DNA from: Schaalia meyeri
Lineage (GTDB): Bacteria > Actinomycetota > Actinomycetes > Actinomycetales > Actinomycetaceae
Length of the DNA stretch: 32,000 bases
Direction of reading: 5' to 3'
Assembly (NCBI RefSeq): GCF_900105015.1
Contig: NZ_FNLK01000010.1
Location: 150,001-182,000 of the forward strand
How positions within the stretch are numbered: position 1 is the first letter of the stretch; the number at the start of each line of letters is the position of its first letter. The position numbers were made by a program, and so were the translations under genes. The notes below the pieces were generated by a model. The model was not told the origin of the DNA. It did no database searches and saw only the letters and a list, made by a program, of their open reading frames with translations. Of this stretch, positions 31,407 through 32,000 are shown piece after piece.

Positions 31407-32000
31407 TCACACCCCCAGGGCGTCCAGCAGCGGGCGCATCTTTGCTTCGGTTTCGGCCAACTCAGCGTCGGGGTCCGAATCCGGCATGATGCCGGCCCCC
31501 GCGAAGAGCCGCAGGCCCGCGGGCGAGACCAGCCCGCAGCGCAGGGCGATCGCGAACTCGCCGTCGCCAGCCGTATCCACCCAGCCGACCGGCCCTGAGT
31601 AGCGGCCCCGTTCCGTGTCCTCGATTTCCTCAATGAGGCGCATCGCCGCCTCGCGCGGGCTTCCGCACACGGCGGCCGTCGGGTGCAGGGCGGCCACCAG
31701 ATCCAGCAGGTGTGCATCGCCGAGCCGCGCGCGCACGTCGGTGGCCAGGTGAACGACGTTGGGCAGCTCCAGCAGGAACGGGCCCCGGGCGTGCACGTCG
31801 GAGCACAGGCGCGTGAGGATCGATGAGACAGAATCGGAGGCCAGCGCGTGCTCGCGCAGATCCTTGTCGCTGGATGCCAGCGAGGGGCCTTCCCCGGGCG
31901 GGCAGGTGCCGGCCAGGACGCGCGAGGCGGCGGTGCCTCGCGAGGAGGAAATCAGCATCTCCGGGGAGGCGCCCACCAGGGAATCCACGCAAAAACGCCA
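31407..32000 (-). CDS. menF: Isochorismate synthase (chorismate-binding enzyme), C-terminal part; the gene continues beyond the window end
   Basis: The C-terminal chorismate-binding signature is LHPTAAVCGSPREAA...ERGRYSGPVGWVD..GDGEFAIALRCG...LFAGAGIMPDSDPDAELAETEAK. The frame stays open to position 32000. The gene sits in men context. Confidence 0.8.
   Translation of the reverse strand, partial: WRFCVDSLVGASPEMLISSSRGTAASRVLAGTCPPGEGPSLASSDKDLREHALASDSVSSILTRLCSDVHARGPFLLELPNVVHLATDVRARLGDAHLLDLVAALHPTAAVCGSPREAAMRLIEEIEDTERGRYSGPVGWVDTAGDGEFAIALRCGLVSPAGLRLFAGAGIMPDSDPDAELAETEAKMRPLLDALGV

Overview
This is a high-GC actinobacterial chromosome segment. Gene content, the HTH/bS22 pair and the men genes suggest Actinomycetales, possibly Actinomycetaceae, but the taxon is inference only.

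(1) Positions 1-7841 hold part of an ESX-like type VII secretion (T7SS) locus. It contains the eccD 3' end, eccB, a membrane-anchored mycosin and a translationally coupled second S8 protease that lacks the anchor. A separate three-gene substrate-type operon follows. Its genes are a YbaB/EbfC-like protein, an EspC-like protein with poly-Gly, His-rich and repeated C-terminal modules, and a WXG100-like T7SS-signal-domain protein whose C-terminal cargo is an extreme His-Gly-Asn repeat. A 20-bp-stem terminator closes the operon.

(2) Positions 7.8-14.7 kb are housekeeping genes: trkA, trkH, an excisionase-type HTH plus the tiny ribosomal protein bS22 (absent from the ORF track), a histidine phosphatase, a PLDc_N-type membrane protein, ribokinase and an MFS transporter.

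(3) Positions 14.7-18.3 kb, minus strand, form an AT-richer island. A protein with no signal peptide combines a helical LXG/WXG-like N-terminus with a DUF1023-type alpha/beta-hydrolase C-terminus. It is ATGA-coupled to three paralogous lipoprotein genes and the stump of a fourth. This is my top candidate for an undescribed T7SS esterase/lipase effector with a lipoprotein immunity array.

(4) Positions 18.4-32 kb carry menaquinone genes (menA, menE, menB, menC, menD, partial menF). These are interspersed with an L,D-transpeptidase, a GH13 alpha-glucosidase and an HtrA-like protease. There is also a ~1.1-kb apparently non-coding gap carrying 52-bp-periodic direct and inverted repeat arrays.

I recognised no rRNA, tRNA, CRISPR array, transposase or integrase. 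All family assignments come from motifs read in the supplied translations; no database search was run.
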